In this document: in pieces, positions 16,979 through 27,439 of the stretch
Position numbering within the stretch: position 1 is the stretch's first letter
How the letters are laid out: each line of letters begins with the position of its first letter
Source: a virus
Taxonomy: Duplodnaviria; Caudoviricetes
Strand: one strand, 5' to 3'
IMG/VR virus record: IMGVR_UViG_3300008255_000157
Coordinates: 1-54,320 of that record
DNA: 54,320 nt
Program-made: the position numbers and the translations under genes
Notes under the pieces: model-generated
Told to the model about the DNA's origin: nothing
Databases searched by the model: none
The model's input: the letters and a program-made list of their open reading frames with translations, nothing else

Positions 16979-18535
16979 ATGACCATACTTCAGAAAATCG
17001 ACTCGAACGTGACGGGTCTGCGGTTCGCCGAGGAAGTCTCCATCGGTGTCCTCGCTCAGGAAGAGGCGGCTCCGTCCAATACGGACTGGACTCCGCTCGA
17101 GCCCAACACCTACGCCGATTTCGGCGGTCAGATCTCGACCGTTGCTCGAAACCCGATCAATCCGAGTCGCCAGCGCAAGAAGGGCGTCACGGTCGACAAG
17201 GATGCGAGTGGCGGACTCAACACCGACCTGACGCAGAAGAACTTGCAGGAGTTGCTGCAAGGATTCTTCTTCGCCGACCTTCGCAGGAAGGGTGAGGAGA
17301 CTCCTACGGCGGTTACCGGCACGACCGATCTCTTCACGGTCGCGGCCACGGCCGGATTCTTCGTCGGGTCGTTGGTGTGGGCGACCGGTTTCGCAGATGC
17401 CGGCAATAACGGTCTCCATGTCGTCACCGCGGTCACGCTCAACACCTCGATCGAGTGTCTCGGTTCGACTCTGGTCACGGACGGTTCCCCGACCGGGAAG
17501 CTCGTCGTGGTCGGTTTCGAGTTCGCGGCTGGTGACTTGGACGTGACCGGGACGGGCACTCTCGCCAGCTACACGTCGACTGCCAAGACGCTGACGGAGC
17601 TGGGGCTGATCCCAGGCGAGTGGATCTACGTGGGTGGGGATCTCGCCGCAGAGGCCTACACGAGCGCCGTGAACAACGGGTTCAAGCGAATCCGATCGAT
17701 CTCGGCGAACTCCATGACGGTCGACAAGTCCGATTCGGTTCTGGTGGACGAGGCGTCCACGACCGAGACCATCCGCATCTTCCTCGGTCGTGTGCTGCGG
17801 AACGAGTTGGGATCGCTGATCACGCGTCGAACCTACAACCTGGAGCGAACGCTCGGTGCGCCGGACGACGCGTCGCCGGCTCAGATCCAGGCCGAGTACT
17901 TGGTCGGTGCGGTGCCGAGCGAGTTCGCTACCACGATCGGCACTGCTGACAAGATCAATGCGGACATCTCGTTCATCGCGATCGACTCTGAGCAGATCCT
18001 GGCCGCGGCAACGATCAAGAGCGACGACGCGAATGCGACGAAGCTCGCGCTCGAGGAAGCGGATGCGTTCAACACCAGCTCCGATTTCAAGCGGATTCGT
18101 CTCTCGTTGGTCTCCGACACGAACGAGGCACCCACGCCGCTCTTCGCTCGCGTCCAGGAGATCGGCCTCAACATCAACAACAACCTGACACCCAACAAGG
18201 CGATCGGTGTGCTCGGCGCGTTCGAGGTGACTGCCGGAACGTTCCAGGTCGGCGGCAGCATGACCGCGTACTTCTCGGACAACCTGGCCACGCAGAGCGT
18301 GCAGAACAACGACGACGTCACGCTCGACATGGTCATCGTGAAGCAGAACGCGGGCATCATCATCGACCTGCCTCTGATCTCGCTCGGTGACGGTCGCCCG
18401 AACGTCGAGCAGGACGCTCCGATCACGCTGCCTCTCAGCATGGACGCTGCGACGGCCGCGAAGATCGCGACGACGCTCGACTACACGTTGCACATGCAGT
18501 GGTTCGACTACTTGCCCGACGCGGCCGCTGCGTAA
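16979..18535 (+). CDS. Major tail tube protein
   Basis: KIDSN.TGL..AEE, LEPN.Y.DFGG, RNPINPSRQRKKG; followed by chaperones and tape measure. Confidence 0.85.
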   Translation: MTILQKIDSNVTGLRFAEEVSIGVLAQEEAAPSNTDWTPLEPNTYADFGGQISTVARNPINPSRQRKKGVTVDKDASGGLNTDLTQKNLQELLQGFFFADLRRKGEETPTAVTGTTDLFTVAATAGFFVGSLVWATGFADAGNNGLHVVTAVTLNTSIECLGSTLVTDGSPTGKLVVVGFEFAAGDLDVTGTGTLASYTSTAKTLTELGLIPGEWIYVGGDLAAEAYTSAVNNGFKRIRSISANSMTVDKSDSVLVDEASTTETIRIFLGRVLRNELGSLITRRTYNLERTLGAPDDASPAQIQAEYLVGAVPSEFATTIGTADKINADISFIAIDSEQILAAATIKSDDANATKLALEEADAFNTSSDFKRIRLSLVSDTNEAPTPLFARVQEIGLNINNNLTPNKAIGVLGAFEVTAGTFQVGGSMTAYFSDNLATQSVQNNDDVTLDMVIVKQNAGIIIDLPLISLGDGRPNVEQDAPITLPLSMDAATAAKIATTLDYTLHMQWFDYLPDAAAA

Positions 18536-18548
18536 TTTCCTCGTTCGA

Positions 18549-18582
18549 GGGGAGGGTCGACCCCCAACCGGCTCTCCCCTTT
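18549..18582 (+). terminator. Probable terminator hairpin after the tail tube gene
   Basis: GGGGAGGGTCG pairs with CGGCTCTCCCC, followed by TTT. Confidence 0.5.
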
Positions 18583-18620
18583 CGCAACCCCTCCGCAGAG
18601 CGGAGAAACAAGGAGTTTCG

Positions 18621-19091
18621 ATGTCCACGAACGAAGCTGAGACGACACCGGTCGAAGAGCCCACGTCGGACGCGGATGCGCCCGAGAACATCTTCGACAT
18701 GTTCGGTACGGACGAGAAGGCTGAGACGGAAGGTCTGGAGCTGAATTACGGCGCGGCTGGTTGGCTGCTTTGCGCTCGAGCGGGTGGTGCGAACAAACGC
18801 TACAAGAAGCGGATGGAGCATTACTACCGCAAGCACAAGCGGCGCATCGATCTCGACATGATCACGGAGGAACAGGCGCGCGAAGACCTCTACAAGATCT
18901 TCGCCGAGACCGTTGTGCTCGACGGCGAGTTGCGCGGCAAAGACGGGACAATGGTTTCGCTCAAGGGCAAGCCGGCAAAGACGATCGAGTTCTTCAGGAT
19001 TCTGCCGGGTCTGTTCGACGACGTGCGTGATCAGGTTGGCAAGCCGACTCTGTTCAAGGAATCGCTGCGGGAGGAAGAGGCAAAAAACTGA
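18621..19091 (+). CDS. Tail assembly chaperone (gpG-like)
   Basis: AAGGAG RBS; F.TD...E..G, ARAGGANK.Y motifs; ends in a slippery site. Confidence 0.85.
   Translation: MSTNEAETTPVEEPTSDADAPENIFDMFGTDEKAETEGLELNYGAAGWLLCARAGGANKRYKKRMEHYYRKHKRRIDLDMITEEQAREDLYKIFAETVVLDGELRGKDGTMVSLKGKPAKTIEFFRILPGLFDDVRDQVGKPTLFKESLREEEAKN
19082..19088 (+). other. Programmed -1 ribosomal frameshift site (A AAA AAC)
   Basis: X XXY YYZ heptamer immediately before the chaperone stop; the -1 frame is open to 19453. Confidence 0.82.
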
Positions 19092-19453
19092 GGGAAGTCC
19101 TCGCGTACCGTCTCGACTTCTCTGTCGATGAAGAGAGGAGTGCAGCGAGCGATGTAATGCGAGGGCTCATCCCGCGGTTGCCTGGAAGGATCGAGAACGC
19201 TCCTGACCTGTTCGAGGGTCTGGAGCTTTACTACTACGCCTATGCGGACCTGACGACCGATAGGCCGGCGGCGTTCGGAGGTGCGCTACCCATACCGTGG
19301 TCGAGCTGCGCCAGATACGCTCAGTTCCACGGCTTCGACTACGAGCAGTTCGACGACCTGGTCTACTTCGTCCGTGCGCTCGATCTCGAGTTCATGGCGT
19401 GGTGGGACAGGAAGAACCCGCCTCCGAAGAAGGGAGCGATCGGTGGTCGCTGA
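19088..19453 (+). CDS. Tail assembly chaperone frameshift extension (gpGT-like)
   Basis: In frame with ORF 19157..19453; AP.L..GL..Y..A..DL.T.R...PIPW and LD..F motifs. Confidence 0.8.
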   Translation: MREVLAYRLDFSVDEERSAASDVMRGLIPRLPGRIENAPDLFEGLELYYYAYADLTTDRPAAFGGALPIPWSSCARYAQFHGFDYEQFDDLVYFVRALDLEFMAWWDRKNPPPKKGAIGGR

Positions 19454-19901
19454 GAGAGATCCGACAACTGGTCGATTCGTCGGGTCCGGCAAAGGGACAT
19501 CGTTCGAGTCCCTTGGTCAACGTCTCGACGAGATCGGCAAGCGCGGCGTCCGCAACGTCGAGAAGGCGATGCGTGGCGCCGCGATCATTGCGGATCAAGT
19601 CTTGGTGTTCGGGACCCCGGTCGATGTCGGAATTGCTCGAGGTGGTTGGGTCGTGTCACATGGGAGTCCGAACCTGACGCCCCAAGAGACGCCGGACAAG
19701 GAGGGCAATACGACGCTGGCCCGGAACGAGCGGGAGATCTTCGCGTTCAAGGTCGGACGGGACATGTTCATTTCAAATGCGGTCTTCTACATCGTGTTCC
19801 TCGACCAGGGCACGAGTAGGCAGGCACCGCGTCTCTTCTCACAAGAAGCCGCTCGCGAAGCGATCGCCTACTTGAAGCGGCAGAAGTACTTGGCTCGATA
19901 G
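19443..19901 (+). CDS. HK97 gp10-like tail completion / neck protein
   Basis: TPVD.G.ARGGW, ISN.V.YI..L..G.S.QAP motifs. Confidence 0.78.
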   Translation: MVAERDPTTGRFVGSGKGTSFESLGQRLDEIGKRGVRNVEKAMRGAAIIADQVLVFGTPVDVGIARGGWVVSHGSPNLTPQETPDKEGNTTLARNEREIFAFKVGRDMFISNAVFYIVFLDQGTSRQAPRLFSQEAAREAIAYLKRQKYLAR

Positions 19902-22708
19902 TGGTCCAAGAGAACGTCACAATCAGGTTCCGAGCGGACGGCACGCGCGTCGTCGAACGCGACATCAAGAGGATGGGTGCCGCGTCGAAGGGCGCGTCTT
20001 CGAGCGTCGCGTTCTTGAGGCAGAGTCTTGGTGCGCTCGGCGGTGCGTTGTTGCTGCGCGAGGCGGTTCGTACCCTCGCCGACTTCTCGCAAGAGATGTC
20101 GACCGTTCGTGCCATTACGCAGGCCACGTCGAGCCAGTTCGTCGAGCTTGAGGCGAAGGCGCGCGACCTCGGTGCGACGACGCGCTTCAGCGCGACGCAG
20201 GCAGCCGAGGGCATGTCGTTCCTGGCTCGGGCCGGGTTCGATGTGGACGAGGTGCTGGCAGCCACAGCAGATACCCTCGTGCTCGCTCAGGCCGGCGCGC
20301 TCGACCTTGGACGGGCCGCTGACATCGCGTCGAACGTACTGACCGGGTTCCGGCTCGAAGCGGCGGAGGCGGGCCGTGTCGTCGACGTACTGGCAGCCGC
20401 GGCCAATAGCGGCAACACGACGGTGGAGCAGCTCGGCCAGGGCATGAAGTTGGTCGCCCCGATCGCGTCGGGCCTTGGCGTCTCGCTCGAGGAGAGTACT
20501 GCCGCGATGACGGCGCTGTCCGATGCCGGTCTTCAGGCCTCGCTCGCCGGTACAGGTCTGCGTCGTGTCCTGTCGGAGCTCGAGTCTCCGTCCTCGAAGA
20601 ACATCAAGACGCTGCGTTTGCTCGGGCTATCAACGGACGATGTGCGTGTGTCGCAGGTCGGTCTCACATCCGCGTTGGAGAAGCTCGTCGAGGCTGGCGT
20701 TGATACAGGGTTCGCGCTCGAGTTCTTCGGTGATCGTGGTGGCCCTGCCTTCGAAGTGCTCTCTACCTCGATCCCGAAGGTCAAGCAGCTCACGGACGAG
20801 CTGAACAAGAACGCGGGAACGGCTCGTCGTGTCGCCTCGATCATGGACGACAACTTGAAGGGCGCGCTGTTCGCCGTGAAGAGTGCGTTCGAGGCCGTGA
20901 TCCTGTCTGTTGGCGATCTTGGTACGGAGTCGTTCCTGACCAGCGCGCTGCGCAAGCTCGCCGATGCGCTCCGTTTTGTAGCTGGCAATGCGGAGCTTCT
21001 GTCGATCGCGATGGGCGTGATAGCAACGCTGACGTTGCCGCTTCTTATCAGTGGACTCACCGCAGTTACCGTTCTTCTTCTCGCTAATCCGTTCGCTGTA
21101 GTTGCCGCCACTCTTGGAGGCCTCATTGCCCTTGTCGCCAAGTTCGGAAAACAAATGAAGGCGACGGAGGACGGCATCGCGTCGATGCGAGACGTGCTCG
21201 ACTCTACACTTGCCGTGATCAAGGAAGTCTTCGGGCAGGCCGTGACCATTGTCAGGAACTTCGCCAATATCGCAGCTGCCGGGTTCAGGCAGGTCGAGAA
21301 TTCGGGCAACAACTCGTTCAAGTCTGTCGCAACGTCAATCGCAATTCTGCTCGACACCACGGCCGGTGTGGTACTCGGCCTTGCCGAGGGCCTGGTTACG
21401 TTCCTCCAACAGGTTCCAAAAACACTCCTGTCCGTTGTCGGAGACGCGATTGTCGCAACGGTCGATAATGTTCTTCGGTCGGTCAGTTTTCTTCTCAATC
21501 AAATCTTGGAGAAGACCGAAGCGACGTTGACTCAGCTCAACTCGTTTATTGGCAAGGGTGCTGTTGACCTCGGTCGTGTTTCCTTTCAAGAAACACCGCT
21601 CAGTTTCTTTGGCGACAAGCCAACGGTAGAAAAGGAGCTCACGAATCTTGCTGACGTTGCATTGGCCGCGTTCTATGGTCGCGTCGCGGAGACGACTGGC
21701 GCGCGCAGCGTCGTCGAGCAGATCTTCAACGATGCGGAGATTCGCGCCAAGTCACGCCAGCTTATTGAGATCCCGGGTCAACTCGCGGATCGGTTCAAGG
21801 AAGCTGGCGAAGGCCTGAGTGGCGTGTTCGACGCGCTGACGAAGAGTGTGGGCCAGAGCGTATCGCTCGTTGAAAGGCTGGCTGGCAAGAAGACAGTCGA
21901 CGCGTTTGCCGGCGCCATAAAGGGCATAGGCGCCAAGGAAATCGGAGGGGACCCTGCGGAGGAGAATCGGCTCCTCGAGGAGAAGCGGAACATCGTCGGC
22001 GATATCCGGCTCATAGAGGAAGACGCGGTCAAGCGTCGCGCCGATATCAATAAGCAGTTGGAGCTTGGCAATCTCGAGGAGGAAGAGCATCGCCTTCTCC
22101 TGGCCGACGTCGACGCCGCGGCGCGTAAATCGAGCGACAGCCTTGGCGCCGTTGCGGACCAGTTCAAGACGATCGACAACTCGGCACGTGCCCTTGGTCA
22201 AGCAGTTGGTCAGTCCCTGGTCCAAGGTATCGGTAACGCGTCCAGCGCGCTCTCGGACTTCCTCGTTGAAGGAGCGAACGATATCGAGGGGCTGCGTGAA
22301 GCGATCGCCGGAATCCTGAAAGACATCGCGAAGCAGATTCTTGCCACGATCATTCAGGCCTTGATCCTGAAGGCGATCACGATTGGGATTGGTGCTGCTG
22401 GCGGCGGTGGCGATGCTGGTGCGGCAGGCACGTTCATTCCGGCCGGTGGTAAGCGACAGGCGGGTGGTCCGGCGGATGGTCGTCCGGTTCTGGTCGGGGA
22501 GCGTGGGCCGGAACTGTTCGTGCCGACCCAGAGCGGGCGTGTCATTCCGAATTCGCAAATGGAAGCGGCTCCGCCGCAGGTCAATGTCAGCGTCGTCAAC
22601 GTGAGCGATCCCGACGAGGTTCGAAACGCGCTGAACACACCGGAAGGCGAGGCGACGGTCATGAATATCGTCCGCAAGAACAAGCGCGCGCTGAACGCGA
22701 CGACGTAA
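19901..22708 (+). CDS. Tape measure protein (TP901-type core)
   Basis: A.DLGATT.FSA.QAAEGM..LA.AG core; C-terminal VGERGPELFVP; 935 aa. Confidence 0.93.
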   Translation: MVQENVTIRFRADGTRVVERDIKRMGAASKGASSSVAFLRQSLGALGGALLLREAVRTLADFSQEMSTVRAITQATSSQFVELEAKARDLGATTRFSATQAAEGMSFLARAGFDVDEVLAATADTLVLAQAGALDLGRAADIASNVLTGFRLEAAEAGRVVDVLAAAANSGNTTVEQLGQGMKLVAPIASGLGVSLEESTAAMTALSDAGLQASLAGTGLRRVLSELESPSSKNIKTLRLLGLSTDDVRVSQVGLTSALEKLVEAGVDTGFALEFFGDRGGPAFEVLSTSIPKVKQLTDELNKNAGTARRVASIMDDNLKGALFAVKSAFEAVILSVGDLGTESFLTSALRKLADALRFVAGNAELLSIAMGVIATLTLPLLISGLTAVTVLLLANPFAVVAATLGGLIALVAKFGKQMKATEDGIASMRDVLDSTLAVIKEVFGQAVTIVRNFANIAAAGFRQVENSGNNSFKSVATSIAILLDTTAGVVLGLAEGLVTFLQQVPKTLLSVVGDAIVATVDNVLRSVSFLLNQILEKTEATLTQLNSFIGKGAVDLGRVSFQETPLSFFGDKPTVEKELTNLADVALAAFYGRVAETTGARSVVEQIFNDAEIRAKSRQLIEIPGQLADRFKEAGEGLSGVFDALTKSVGQSVSLVERLAGKKTVDAFAGAIKGIGAKEIGGDPAEENRLLEEKRNIVGDIRLIEEDAVKRRADINKQLELGNLEEEEHRLLLADVDAAARKSSDSLGAVADQFKTIDNSARALGQAVGQSLVQGIGNASSALSDFLVEGANDIEGLREAIAGILKDIAKQILATIIQALILKAITIGIGAAGGGGDAGAAGTFIPAGGKRQAGGPADGRPVLVGERGPELFVPTQSGRVIPNSQMEAAPPQVNVSVVNVSDPDEVRNALNTPEGEATVMNIVRKNKRALNATT

Positions 22709-22720
22709 AGGAAGCTCGGT

Positions 22721-24487
22721 ATGTTTCTCTCATCCAAGACCGCCACGAATTACCGAACGCTCCTTGACGACGTCGAGACGTTTCTGACCAACCGTGCGCT
22801 CGAATCCGTCGTGATCGCTGCTGGCGGTACGGGCTACACCGTCGGTGACGTGCTCACCGTTGCTGGAGGCACGCTCACCGGCTTGGGCTACGCGGCGCAG
22901 CTCACAGTGACCTCGGTCGCTGCCGGCGTGATCGACGGCGTTCGGATCTCGCAGAGCGGATCGTACACGGCAGATCCGACCAGCCCGAATGCGGCGACGG
23001 GAGGTACCGGATCCAGCGCGACGTTCACGCTGACCATGGCGGTTGTTGGCTGGACGCGGAACATGCGTACGCAGGAAGCCGTCTCTGCGGCGATCTCCGC
23101 GGGTGGGACGGGCTACGCATTGACCGACGTGCTGACGCTCGTCGGTGGCGTAGAGGTGCTGATATCGCCCCAATTCGCCGTCTCCGCTGTAGGGGTGAGT
23201 GCCGCAGCGATCGCAGGAGGGGGCACAGGATACACCGTGAGCGACGTGCTGACGGTCGTGGGTGGCACGGGCACAGCGGCGACGCTGACCGTCACGTCGG
23301 TCGCAGGCGGCGTAATCGACGGGATCAGCGTCACCACGCCTGGCTCGTATACGGTCGTGCCGGGCAATCCGGTCTCCGTCACGGGTGGGACGGGCACGCT
23401 GGCAACGTTCAACCTGACCGTCGATATCGTGACGGCGGTGACGCTCGTAACGGCTGGCAAGCTGAACGAGGTTCCGGCAAATCCTGCCGCGACGAGTGGT
23501 GCAGGGACAGGTTGCACCTTGACCGTGACGTATCAGGACTACCAGGCAGCGAGTGGAAACTTCGACCTTCTGCTGCAAGGTGTTGGGTCTGGAGCTGACG
23601 ATCTGTTCATCGGGATGCGAGTGATCGGAACGGGCCCTGTTCGCTCGTGGGAACTGCACGGCATGACCGGCTACGACGCCGCGCAGACATTCGAGAACCA
23701 GCCCGGTATCTCGCCCGGAGACGCACTCAGCGCGGAAGGCGCGTACATCCCGCTCGACAACTCTGCCATGACCTATTGGGTCTTCGCCAACGGCCGCAGG
23801 ATCATCCTGATCGCGAAGGTCGGCGCAGCGACCTACACCAACCTCTACATGGGGTGGCTGAACCCGTTCGGCACCTCGACCGAGTACCCGTACCCGATGG
23901 TGATTGCTGGCTGCAATAGCTTGCGCACCAGCGTGTTCGGGTCAGGAGCGATCGGGTACAGCGGCATGCTCGACCCGATTAGCGCGTTGAACCACGTCAC
24001 TGGTCCGTGCTACTACCGAGACGTGCAAGGCGCATGGAACACGGTCCGGAACTCGCGCGAGATCACCGGATCCACGCGTGAGGCAAAGGACGACTTCGTG
24101 ATCTGGCCGGCCGGTACTCCGAACAAGACGTTCGTTGCCGCCGAGGACAACGCGACGAGCGGTCTGAACCTTACAACCGACCTGATCCCGCGGGTTGGCA
24201 ATCCCGGCACGGCGACGAAGGTCATGAAGCAGACGCCGGAAACGCCCGACGATATCTCGCTGCTCTGGCCAACCCTGTTCATTCGATCCGGCGATGGCGG
24301 ATCGATCCCGCGTGACGTTCATGGTGAACTCGACAACGTGTATTGGACCAGCGCGGACATTGATGGCGCGGCGGCAACGGCCGTTAGCGAGGACCGACTC
24401 GTTGATCCGAACGACGACGAATACATCTTCTTCCAGAACTGCAATCGCACCGAGCTGTTCAGCTACTTCTGCGTCAAAGAGGAGTGA
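22721..24487 (+). CDS. Virion structural (tail) protein with three inserted GGTGY modules
   Basis: YW.FANGRRII..AKV, EYPYP..IAG, GELD..Y motifs; repeated GGTGY...DVLT. Confidence 0.75.
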   Translation: MFLSSKTATNYRTLLDDVETFLTNRALESVVIAAGGTGYTVGDVLTVAGGTLTGLGYAAQLTVTSVAAGVIDGVRISQSGSYTADPTSPNAATGGTGSSATFTLTMAVVGWTRNMRTQEAVSAAISAGGTGYALTDVLTLVGGVEVLISPQFAVSAVGVSAAAIAGGGTGYTVSDVLTVVGGTGTAATLTVTSVAGGVIDGISVTTPGSYTVVPGNPVSVTGGTGTLATFNLTVDIVTAVTLVTAGKLNEVPANPAATSGAGTGCTLTVTYQDYQAASGNFDLLLQGVGSGADDLFIGMRVIGTGPVRSWELHGMTGYDAAQTFENQPGISPGDALSAEGAYIPLDNSAMTYWVFANGRRIILIAKVGAATYTNLYMGWLNPFGTSTEYPYPMVIAGCNSLRTSVFGSGAIGYSGMLDPISALNHVTGPCYYRDVQGAWNTVRNSREITGSTREAKDDFVIWPAGTPNKTFVAAEDNATSGLNLTTDLIPRVGNPGTATKVMKQTPETPDDISLLWPTLFIRSGDGGSIPRDVHGELDNVYWTSADIDGAAATAVSEDRLVDPNDDEYIFFQNCNRTELFSYFCVKEE

Positions 24488-24490
24488 TCG

Positions 24491-25681
24491 ATGGCCTATG
24501 AGACGGGAGTAGCGACGAGCCAAGCCGATTTCGTCGACAAGCTGATTCAGTTTGCGACGGCGAACGGCTGGACGCTCGGCGAGTACGACGTGCCGAACAA
24601 GCGCGGCGCGATCGACCGTGACGGCATTTACGTGCAATGGCGCTGGGACGGGACAACGAGCATTGGCGGATACCAGTCGCTCGGGTTTCAGCGCAAGGCT
24701 GCATCTGCAACGGTCGCAGCTGGCGGCACTGGCTACACCGTCGGTGACACGCTGACGTTGGTCGGCGGTACGGTCACGACGCCGGCAACATTCAACGTCG
24801 ACACGGTTGCTGGTGGCGTCGTTACCGCGGTCTCGCCCGTCGCTGTTGGTGACTACGATGTGATCCCGGACGATCCGGTCTCGACCACGGGTGGCACCGG
24901 CACGCTCTGTACGCTCAATGTGGTCTGGACGAGCTTCGGCACGAAGGCACCCGGTACGCAGCTCGACGATTCCGGTAACGGGGCACAGAGCGGTGTGGAG
25001 ACACAGCGTCGCCTCAGCGGCGTTGGGGTTGGTCCATACACCACGTACTGGTTCTTCGCCGACGCGAGCATCGAGCCGTACGTGCATTACGTGCTCGAGT
25101 ACTCGCCCGGGCTCTACCGGCACGGATCGTTTGGCCGGCTCCAGAAGTTCGGAACCTGGACCGGCGGCGAGTACCATGCGTGTCACGTCTGGAACGGATC
25201 GGCCGCGATCAATTCGAACACGCACTCGTTATTGCTCGACGGCCTCACGGCTCGGACAGATGATGGAGGTACGATTCACTGCGAGGGTCTACCGTCGCAG
25301 GTCGGTAGTGGAAAGTGGGGTGTCGCACTTAACACCACGACGACGGGCACCGACACCGCGGCCGTGGCTCGCGCCTTGTTCACGGGCGGGTTCCGCGAAG
25401 GGTTCCTGAACAACGCGTTGGCCGGGATGCGCGCGAACCCGAGTAGCGGGTTCATCGTGATGGTGCCGATCCACAACTGGTATCGGGTCGGCACAAGCGG
25501 TGAACAGTTCCGGTTCGGCGGGAAGATGATTCACGTTCGCGAGCTGAACGGGTTCTTCCTGCAGCCGCAGCAGGAGTTCACGATCGGCGCGGAGACGTGG
25601 AAGGCGTTCCCGATGGTTCGCAAGCTCACGACCGGCGAGCGTAGCGGCAACATGTTCGTCGCGTATCGGAAGATCGTGTAA
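24491..25681 (+). CDS. Virion structural (tail) protein with one GGTGY module
   Basis: MAYETG.A...L..FA.ANGW, YRH..FG...K.G.WTGG.Y, W..FP motifs. Confidence 0.75.
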   Translation: MAYETGVATSQADFVDKLIQFATANGWTLGEYDVPNKRGAIDRDGIYVQWRWDGTTSIGGYQSLGFQRKAASATVAAGGTGYTVGDTLTLVGGTVTTPATFNVDTVAGGVVTAVSPVAVGDYDVIPDDPVSTTGGTGTLCTLNVVWTSFGTKAPGTQLDDSGNGAQSGVETQRRLSGVGVGPYTTYWFFADASIEPYVHYVLEYSPGLYRHGSFGRLQKFGTWTGGEYHACHVWNGSAAINSNTHSLLLDGLTARTDDGGTIHCEGLPSQVGSGKWGVALNTTTTGTDTAAVARALFTGGFREGFLNNALAGMRANPSSGFIVMVPIHNWYRVGTSGEQFRFGGKMIHVRELNGFFLQPQQEFTIGAETWKAFPMVRKLTTGERSGNMFVAYRKIV

Positions 25682-27432
25682 TGACCAGCTATGCGGGCAG
25701 CGTTCCAGACACCGGAGCCGCCGCCTTCCTCGGGGATCAACTCGAGGGAGGCGTTGGTCGTCTTACGCTCGCTCGCCCGCCGCACCCGGACTCTCAGTAC
25801 GCGGCGGTTCAGCCCGAGTATCGTGTGCCGAGCTCGGTGGCTTGGACGGATCCGATCGGCGGCGCGTGGTTCAGTGTTACCAAGAGCACGCATTCGCACC
25901 GCAAGTTCGGTGCTGGCGCGAATCAGATCCTGCCCGTGTCGCAAGACGACTTCTTCGAGCAGATCATCATCATTCCTCGCTCGATCAACGTCGGCGTCGT
26001 GCTCGGCACGATCGTCGAGCAGATCGATGTGTACAACGCGTACAAGCGGGAGCAGCGTACGCTCACCAATTGGGTGAACAATGCTGGCGCAGGAATCATC
26101 GCGACGAATCTGCCGGCTCTGCCGGCGACGATCGAGGAGCAGGATGGTTTTCTCCTCACGATCAACGTGCTCGTCGACGGGCCTCCGTTCATCAGCGGTA
26201 CGCTCGACTTCGTCTTCGACACCGAGACCATTCAGGTCGCTATCGTCGGGCAGCGCGCCGTGGTCTTCGCCTACGAGCCGGTCGAGCCGATTCAAGAGAC
26301 GCTTCAGTTCCTCACCGATGTGATCGAGAAGCGCAACGGCGAGGAGCAGCGTATCGCGTTACGAGCCGTGCCTCGCCAGGTAATTGACCAGAGTCATATC
26401 GTTGAGGGTCGGGAGCGACGGCGAATCGAGAACACGATTTTCTCGAACCAGGGCCGGGTCTACGGCGTGCCGATCTGGTGGGAGCAAACACGCACCACCG
26501 CGGCGATCGCCGCCAGTGACATCACGGTCCAGGTCCAGGAGACCGACTACCGCGATTTCCGCGCCGGTTCCTTCGCAATGGTGTGGCGCAGTGCCTTTGA
26601 TTTCGAGGTCCTTCAGGTTCTGTCATTCACGCCGACCTCGATCACGTTCACGGACGGGTTCGTCAACACGTTCGACGCTGGTGCAGCGGTGATGCCGGTA
26701 CGGACCGGCTACATGCAGCGGCGGATCGGAGGCTCGCGCTGGCCCGTCAACCTTCAGTCGTTGGACATCGAGTTCCAGATCGTCGACTCGACCGAGGACT
26801 TGGCTGACGTAGCCGCGTTCCCGACCTACGACGGGAAGGTCTTGCTCGACGAGGCGAACATGATCGTCGGTGGTAGGGCAGCCAAGGAGGCGATGAACAA
26901 CAAGCTCCATGTCATCGACTCGCTGACCGGGACCATCGCGATCTTCGCGGAAAACCCGTACTCGAGACGGACCCATCCGAAGGGCTTCTTCTCGAACTCC
27001 ATGCAACGGCTCTGGGAGGTACGCGGTCTGATCCACGCGTTGCGTGGCAAGCAGACCTCGTTCTACATCCCGACCTTCTTCGAGGACTTCACGCCGGTCG
27101 GTGCGATCAACAATGCCGGTACGACGATGGACGTCGAGAATGTCGGCTACAACCGCTTCGTTGACGCGCAGCAACCTCGGAACGTCGTCCATGTGAGGAA
27201 GACCGACGGGACGAGGGTGACACGCCTGATCACGGGCTCGAACGAGATCTCGGACGAGGTCGAGCAGATCTCGGTCACGCCGGCGTGGGGCATTGACGCG
27301 ACGGTGGACGAGATCGAACTGGTGACTATCGTCGAGAAGGGTCGCAGCGACAGCGACGACATTCAATTCACGCACTTCGCGCAGCCAGGTAGATCCGATA
27401 TCAGGATGCCGGTAATCGGCGTCTTCGACTGA
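25681..27432 (+). CDS. Distal tail / tail-tip structural protein
   Basis: E.L.FLTDV.....G.EQR.ALR..PR and L.G....FY.P motifs. Confidence 0.72.
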   Translation: MTSYAGSVPDTGAAAFLGDQLEGGVGRLTLARPPHPDSQYAAVQPEYRVPSSVAWTDPIGGAWFSVTKSTHSHRKFGAGANQILPVSQDDFFEQIIIIPRSINVGVVLGTIVEQIDVYNAYKREQRTLTNWVNNAGAGIIATNLPALPATIEEQDGFLLTINVLVDGPPFISGTLDFVFDTETIQVAIVGQRAVVFAYEPVEPIQETLQFLTDVIEKRNGEEQRIALRAVPRQVIDQSHIVEGRERRRIENTIFSNQGRVYGVPIWWEQTRTTAAIAASDITVQVQETDYRDFRAGSFAMVWRSAFDFEVLQVLSFTPTSITFTDGFVNTFDAGAAVMPVRTGYMQRRIGGSRWPVNLQSLDIEFQIVDSTEDLADVAAFPTYDGKVLLDEANMIVGGRAAKEAMNNKLHVIDSLTGTIAIFAENPYSRRTHPKGFFSNSMQRLWEVRGLIHALRGKQTSFYIPTFFEDFTPVGAINNAGTTMDVENVGYNRFVDAQQPRNVVHVRKTDGTRVTRLITGSNEISDEVEQISVTPAWGIDATVDEIELVTIVEKGRSDSDDIQFTHFAQPGRSDIRMPVIGVFD

Positions 27433-27439
27433 GAGAACC

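Noticed and set aside
16790-18700. Long antisense ORFs (this 636-aa ORF, also 3767..5143, 6358..7707, 23942..25225, 50865..52307)
   Set aside because: Shadow frames of GC-rich sense genes; Arg-rich, with no motifs or RBS
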